Assembly: GCA_021777555.1 (NCBI GenBank)
Contig: JAJYDK010000016.1
Location: 5,178 to 69,177 of the forward strand
DNA: 64,000 nucleotides
Direction: 5' to 3'
From: Pseudomonadota bacterium
GTDB taxonomy: Bacteria > Pseudomonadota > Gammaproteobacteria > Steroidobacterales > Steroidobacteraceae
Every line of letters starts with the position of its first letter. Position 1 is the first letter of the stretch. The notes under the pieces are model-generated. The model did no database searches, was not told the origin of the DNA, and saw only the letters and a program-made list of their open reading frames with translations. Of the stretch, positions 59,245 to 64,000 are shown piece after piece. Position numbers and translations under genes: made by a program.

Positions 59245-59838
59245 ATGCTTCACGTTCATCCCGAGTGGGCGCCGGGACGCGAGCCTCGGGAGAATCCCCT
59301 ATACTTCGAGCCACCCGAACGACGTGCACAAGGCGAGGGCGCATTCTTGAAAACGCTGGGCACCGCACTACTCGACAGTCTCGCGGATGCGGCGCGCGGC
59401 AGCCCGCGGCAGCGAAGCCACCACAATCTGCATCCCTCCCACGAGGCGCCCATCCAGCGTCTGGCCATCGCGATGGAGCCCGATACGTATGTGCGCCCCC
59501 ATCGTCATCGGCACACCTGGGAGTTGCTCATTCCCTTGCGCGGGCGATTCCTGTTCACCGCCTTCGATGACCAGGGCGTGGTGCAGTCGCGTCAGCTTCT
59601 GGGCGGAACGGACGGACTCTCGGCGCTCGAGTTCGACGCAGGCACGTGGCACACGGTCACCTCTCTGGAATCCGGGAGCGTCATCTTCGAGGTCAAGGAG
59701 GGTCCTTACGTGCCGGTGCCGGAATCGGACATGGCAGGTTGGTCGCCTCCCGAGGGGACGCCGGAGGCGGCTCGTTTCGTCAAAGCGATGCGCGCCGAGG
59801 CGGTGCAGCTGTCGCGGGAATCGGCCCGGTTGGTCTGA
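59245..59838 (+). CDS. WbuC-like cupin-fold protein
   Basis: It has SPRQRSHHNLH, YVRPHRH and W.LLIPLRG.F. The true start may be the TTG at 59347. Confidence 0.55.
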   Translation: MLHVHPEWAPGREPRENPLYFEPPERRAQGEGAFLKTLGTALLDSLADAARGSPRQRSHHNLHPSHEAPIQRLAIAMEPDTYVRPHRHRHTWELLIPLRGRFLFTAFDDQGVVQSRQLLGGTDGLSALEFDAGTWHTVTSLESGSVIFEVKEGPYVPVPESDMAGWSPPEGTPEAARFVKAMRAEAVQLSRESARLV

Positions 59839-59992
59839 ACGACGATCCGTCCGCCCAGGCCTCGACCCCGGGGCGGACCTCAATCCGGTCGGATGGATTC
59901 GCACCGGCCAACGCTGCGGATTTCTTCGCCGGATCTGGCAGAATCCGCTTCCGGTCCGCGGCTGACGTCGCGACACACTTTGCGGCTGCCCC

Positions 59993-60925
59993 ATGAACAC
60001 GATCGCCAAAATCATCGCGCTCCTGGCCGTGTTGCAGTGCCTGCCGGCGCTCGCCGCCTCCCCCAAGGGCAGGAACACCCCGCCCGCCGCGCAGATACTC
60101 GCCGAGTCCAAACCCTCGGAATGGCGCCGGCCCGCTGCCGAAGACCTCCTGGTGATGCGTCTGCCTTCGGGGCGCGTCGTCATGGAACTCGACCCGGCCT
60201 ACGCGCCGCTGCACGTGGCCAACATCAGGACCCTGGTTCGGGAACATTACTTCGACGGCCTGGCGATCGTCAGGGTTCAGGACAACTTCGTCGCCCAGTG
60301 GGACGATCCGGCGGCTGACGACGGAGGCGATCCGAAGAAGATCCGCTCCCTGGGAACGGCGCAGGCCACAGTGCCCCCCGAGTTCACGCGCCTCATCAGG
60401 CCCTCGCTTCCCTGGGTGAGCCTTCCGGACGGCGATGTCTACGCCCCCGAGGTGGGATTCACGCGGGACTTTCCCGCCGCCCGCGATCCGGCCCGACAGG
60501 AGACCTGGCTGGTGCACTGCTATGGAGCGCTGGCCGTCGCCCGGGATGACGCACCGGATTCGGGCAACGGGAGCGCGCTCTACGTCGTCATCGGCCAGGC
60601 GCCCCGGTGGCTCGATCGGAACCTGACCGTGGTCGGACGGGTCATCGAGGGCATGGACAAACTTTCGGCTCTTCCGCGCGGACACGGACCGATGGGCTTC
60701 TACGCCCACGCGAAGGATCGCGTGCCCATTCTGGACATCCGTGTTGCCGCCGATCTGCCGCCGGCACAGCGGCCCGATGTCGAGATTCTCAGGACTCACG
60801 GCCGCACCTTCCAAAGGCTGCTCGAGGCCAAGCGCAGCCGGCATGACGCATTCTTCCTCACGCCACCGGGCAAGATCGATGTCTGCGGCATGTCGGTGCC
60901 GGTGCGGGATTTGTCCAGACACTGA
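59993..60925 (+). CDS. Cyclophilin-type peptidyl-prolyl isomerase, secreted
   Basis: It has a signal peptide ([16 protein letters not shown]) and a cyclophilin-like core ([42 protein letters not shown]). Confidence 0.75.
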   Translation: MNTIAKIIALLAVLQCLPALAASPKGRNTPPAAQILAESKPSEWRRPAAEDLLVMRLPSGRVVMELDPAYAPLHVANIRTLVREHYFDGLAIVRVQDNFVAQWDDPAADDGGDPKKIRSLGTAQATVPPEFTRLIRPSLPWVSLPDGDVYAPEVGFTRDFPAARDPARQETWLVHCYGALAVARDDAPDSGNGSALYVVIGQAPRWLDRNLTVVGRVIEGMDKLSALPRGHGPMGFYAHAKDRVPILDIRVAADLPPAQRPDVEILRTHGRTFQRLLEAKRSRHDAFFLTPPGKIDVCGMSVPVRDLSRH

Positions 60926-61326
60926 CCCCGCGCCCGCGGAGACCAGGAAGACTTTGCTGATGTCGGGCAGCGCTGCAAGAGGAACGGGCGAATCTCGCGG
61001 GGGTTTGCGGATCAGCAGCTACGTGAGTAATGCCAGCACGCCAAGGACTCCCACGAGCGCTTTCGCGCGTGGCGGACCTCGATCGCCCCAGTGCTCGCCG
61101 CCACACTCGTCCACCTGCAGCATGTAGAGCAGCGAGAGCGCCCGAAATGCGACGCTGCTGGAAGTGCCGCGTACCCACGGCGCGGCAGAGAGGTCGTGGC
61201 ATGCCTTTCTGATATCATTCTTATGTCATGACGTGTCAGAGAGGCACACAGATCATGTTGTCTGAAAAGTCATCGTGTTACCGGACGCTGCGCGACACCG
61301 CAAGACCGTCTCCCGTGGGGAGATGC

Positions 61327-61794
61327 ATGACGCCTAATGCACGAGCCATTGTCGCGACGGCCTGTTTGCTCGCGGTCGCCAGCACGAGGATTGCAATGGC
61401 AGCATCGCCTCATGCGCAGATCCAGGCGAAAATCGATGCCATGACCGTTGCGGCCAATGCCCACGATGCGGACGAATTCCTCAAGCCCTTCACGCGCGGA
61501 CCACGACTGGTGTTCGTGATCAATGGGCAGGTCATCCGAGGCTGGAACGCCCTGCACGCCGCGCAGTTGAAATGGTGGCGGAACGGCGCGTCCCATGCGC
61601 GGTACACGCAGCTCAGTCCCACCAGCTTCATGGATTTGGCGCCCGGGGTGGTGGTCACTACGCAGGAAATGGAATCGCAGCGGACGGGACCGGACGGTAA
61701 GACGCAGAAGAATACGTTTGCCGTGAGCGCCGTCTGGCGCCGGGGGCGCAACGGGTGGCGTGTCGCTTATGCCAGCGAATCCTGGGCGCGCTGA
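61327..61794 (+). CDS. SnoaL/DUF4440-like (NTF2-fold) secreted protein
   Basis: It has a signal peptide (ACLLAVASTRIAMAA), then a pattern typical of NTF2-like proteins (I.A..DAM..A.N..D...F). It lies in a lower-GC context. Confidence 0.5.
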   Translation: MTPNARAIVATACLLAVASTRIAMAASPHAQIQAKIDAMTVAANAHDADEFLKPFTRGPRLVFVINGQVIRGWNALHAAQLKWWRNGASHARYTQLSPTSFMDLAPGVVVTTQEMESQRTGPDGKTQKNTFAVSAVWRRGRNGWRVAYASESWAR

Positions 61795-62149
61795 ACGCCA
61801 TGAGCTATGGTGGAGCGCAGGGGCGCTCCCCTCAACAGATAGCATCTATCCGACCGTGAACAATCATTACAGTGCGTGGTGAAACTTCCGACTTCTGAAT
61901 TGAACGACAGCTTTGGAGAAGTCATTTGGTTCAAGTGAGCTGCCGGTCATGGCCGCAGGCCGTCGGCCAGGACCGAATCTAGCGGCCTGGTGCTCTACCC
62001 AACGCCATTTAAGCGTCCGAGAACCTCGGCACCTTGTCCGGATTCGGCCCAGCCGATCGGCGACCTTTACATGCCTCGCAGGTGTTCCGATGTAATCGTC
62101 CACGCAGCAGCGGCCGATGCCGTCGCGAATTCCAAGGAGCAACTTGCGG

Positions 62150-62545
62150 TCAATCGTCGTCCTCGTGGTCATCCCGACGCTCCCAGCCGCGGTGCTCGCC
62201 CCGGTCATCCCTCATCCACCGGCCGCCCGCCATGCGCCACCCGTCCTCTGCACGCACCCAGCGGTGCGGCTCCCAGCGGTAGCCGGCACGGGGTGCTGAC
62301 CAGTAGCCGCGCTGCCACCGGTATCCGCCCCCCGTCCATTGCCAATACCCGCTGATCCAGATGTCCGCTGCGTTCGGAGCCGGTCCGTAATACTCGACCC
62401 GCGGAGCGGGCGGTGCGAGAAAGATGCCGGCGCCGTAGTAGCCGTTGCGGTAATACCCCGGGGGCTCGACCACACAGGCGCCGAGCGCTAGCGGCAGCAG
62501 CAAGGCGATCGCTGCGTTGCGGATGCGGCACACAGATATACGCAT
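62150..62545 (-). CDS. Lipoprotein with YxWxxGxW-type Trp/Gly repeats and an acidic tail
   Basis: It has the lipobox LALGAC, repeats GYWQWTGGGYRWQRGYW / GYRWEPHRW / DGWRMAGGRW, and the C-terminal HEDDD. Confidence 0.6.
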   Translation of the reverse strand: MRISVCRIRNAAIALLLPLALGACVVEPPGYYRNGYYGAGIFLAPPAPRVEYYGPAPNAADIWISGYWQWTGGGYRWQRGYWSAPRAGYRWEPHRWVRAEDGWRMAGGRWMRDDRGEHRGWERRDDHEDDD

Positions 62546-62881
62546 GCGGAGATCTCCCAAGACCGTTGCAACCTCTTGAGCTTTTCTGTTCGTCAGGCGA
62601 CCCCGGGCTCGCGAAGTGAACCTTCGCTCATCGTGGCTGACCGCCGGCTGAACGGGTTCACGGCCCGCTCTGCAGCCGTCTCGCTTCCTTGATGCGCGTC
62701 ACAAGTCGGTCAGGAGCTGCCCAGCGGAGCGGCGATTCCCGGTAGCGGCCGCCCGGGACGATCCGCGGAGCGGGAACGCAATGACCGCTCCGAAGGAGCT
62801 CAGAAGGTGCAGGTTGATGGCTGCAATTGGTCGATGGGGCCCGACCTGCGGCCCGAGCCGTCGGTGGTCGGCCCCTGGGTC

Positions 62882-63423
62882 CTAGACTTCGGTCTGCTCG
62901 GCCATCTCCAGCGCCTCATCCACCTCGATCCCAAGGTACCGGACGGTGCTCTCGAGCTTGGAATGCCCGAGTAGTAGCTGCACTGCTCGAAGGTTCTTCG
63001 TACGGCGGTAGATCAGGGATGCCTTGGTGCGCCGCAGCGTATGGGGCCCGTAAGCTGCGGCATGGAGTCCGATCTCCCGGATCCACCCGCGGACGATGCG
63101 CGCGTATTGCCGTCTCGAGAGGTGGGGTGATGCGTGTACTCTGCTGGGGAACAGGAAGTCCTCTGGTTTCAGATGCGCGTGCTGAATCCAGCCGGAGACG
63201 GCCTCCCGGGTCTGGTCAGTGATCTCGAACTGTACGGGTCGCTGAGTCTTCTGCTGCATGATGATGGCCCGGACGGCCACACGGCTCCCATGCGCTCCCC
63301 GAGCTGAAGCCGGACACGGATCGCCCAGATCTGCCTGAGCCTCAGCGGTGCCTTTTGGCCGCCCAATTTACCCTTGTTCCAGGGCTCCCGGCGGTGGACG
63401 ACAATGATCGATTCTGCATTCAC
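62882..63423 (-). pseudogene. Tyrosine recombinase/integrase with an internal deletion and a frameshift
   Basis: The N-terminal piece (PWNKGKLGGQKAPLRLRQIWAIRVRLQLGER) is in one frame. The catalytic part (QKTQRPVQFEIT...HTLRRTKASLIY...LLLGHSKLESTVRYLG) is in another. The expected ~30-aa segment between them is missing. Confidence 0.75.
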
Positions 63424-63734
63424 GACACTTCTCCCGCTTCAGAAACCGGCAGAAGTGTGCGGCGTTTGCTCCATTGACTACCAAGGCCACCGAAAGTGCC
63501 GAAAGCGACCCAAAGCCATCTGATTTGGATGTCTGCTTTGCAGACGCCCAAGTGTGCCTCAACCGAAGCAGGGGGACCTCGGCTGTCGGATCGGCATTGT
63601 GGCAAGCGTGCAGGACGAGGACTGGGCGTGCGGAACGGCTCACCGGCCCGGTGGGGCAGCGCAGGGCTGACTGGAGTTCGTACCCTACGCTATGATGGGC
63701 GGACCCGTTGAGAATTAGAGAGTCCAGGGTGGTC

Positions 63735-64000
63735 ATGCATCGTCGCTACGGGCTGTTGATCCTGCTCTCGGCCGTCACGGTAGCCGCAACTGTCTACGCG
63801 AGCTATGCGCTCTTTCAACCGCGGGCACAATTGCCCTTCACGGTGCGCTGGGTGGATGCACATCACGCGCTCATCGAGCCGATCCCAGGCCTCACACCTC
63901 CCAGCGTGCATGCAGGCGACCGACTTGATCTCACCAACCAGCCGAGCGCCACCCGCATCGCGCTGGTCGTCAGCGATTTCATCAATCTTCCCGCCTCGAA
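63735..64000 (+). CDS. Partial ORF, membrane-anchored hypothetical protein (3' end beyond the window)
   Basis: The ATG at 63735 opens a frame that stays open to the window end. It begins MHRRYGLLILLSAVTVAATVYASYALF and is not in the ORF track because it has no stop. Confidence 0.35.
   Translation, partial: MHRRYGLLILLSAVTVAATVYASYALFQPRAQLPFTVRWVDAHHALIEPIPGLTPPSVHAGDRLDLTNQPSATRIALVVSDFINLPAS

Noticed and set aside
61985-62045. A tRNA-like fragment on the minus strand (cgttgggtagagcaccagg resembles a D-arm), possibly an att remnant near the integrase.
   Set aside because: I could not fold an acceptor stem, anticodon arm or T-arm (no GGTTCGA-type sequence). It is probably a chance resemblance.

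Overview
This is a high-GC chromosomal window. Hand-counted backbone samples are about 68-73% GC. Gene content and order look gammaproteobacterial: gshA, rpoH, mutM, coaD-rsmD, ftsYEX, rpmB-rpmG, radC and coaBC-dut. No rRNA, tRNA or CRISPR array was seen. Most long antisense ORFs in the six-frame track are high-GC artefacts. Four things stand out. (1) A lower-GC insertion of about 8.8 kb (about 20.2-28.9 kb) carries a Sec-signal SpvB/FG-GAP/RHS polymorphic toxin of 2008 aa. Its 236-aa Gly/Ser-rich C-terminal domain is unrecognisable to me, and a small two-TM candidate immunity gene follows. Downstream is a decayed patch with an ORF6N gene, an XRE remnant and an orphan antitoxin. (2) A translationally coupled four-gene operon (6.4-10.3 kb) encodes a DUF2064 transferase, an FAD disulfide reductase, a GT2 and a radical SAM/Cys-rich protein, with no established product. 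(3) A ydbH-ydbL lipid-transport locus lacks a separate ynbE. (4) A lower-GC island remnant with an integrase pseudogene lies at the 3' end. Smaller oddities are a doubly frameshifted AraC gene, a duplicated REP-like hairpin element at the 3' end of an M16 peptidase gene, a sensor-like membrane protein with no output domain, and a perfect inverted repeat in the rpoH upstream region. All functional calls rest on motif recognition by eye and none was confirmed by a search.
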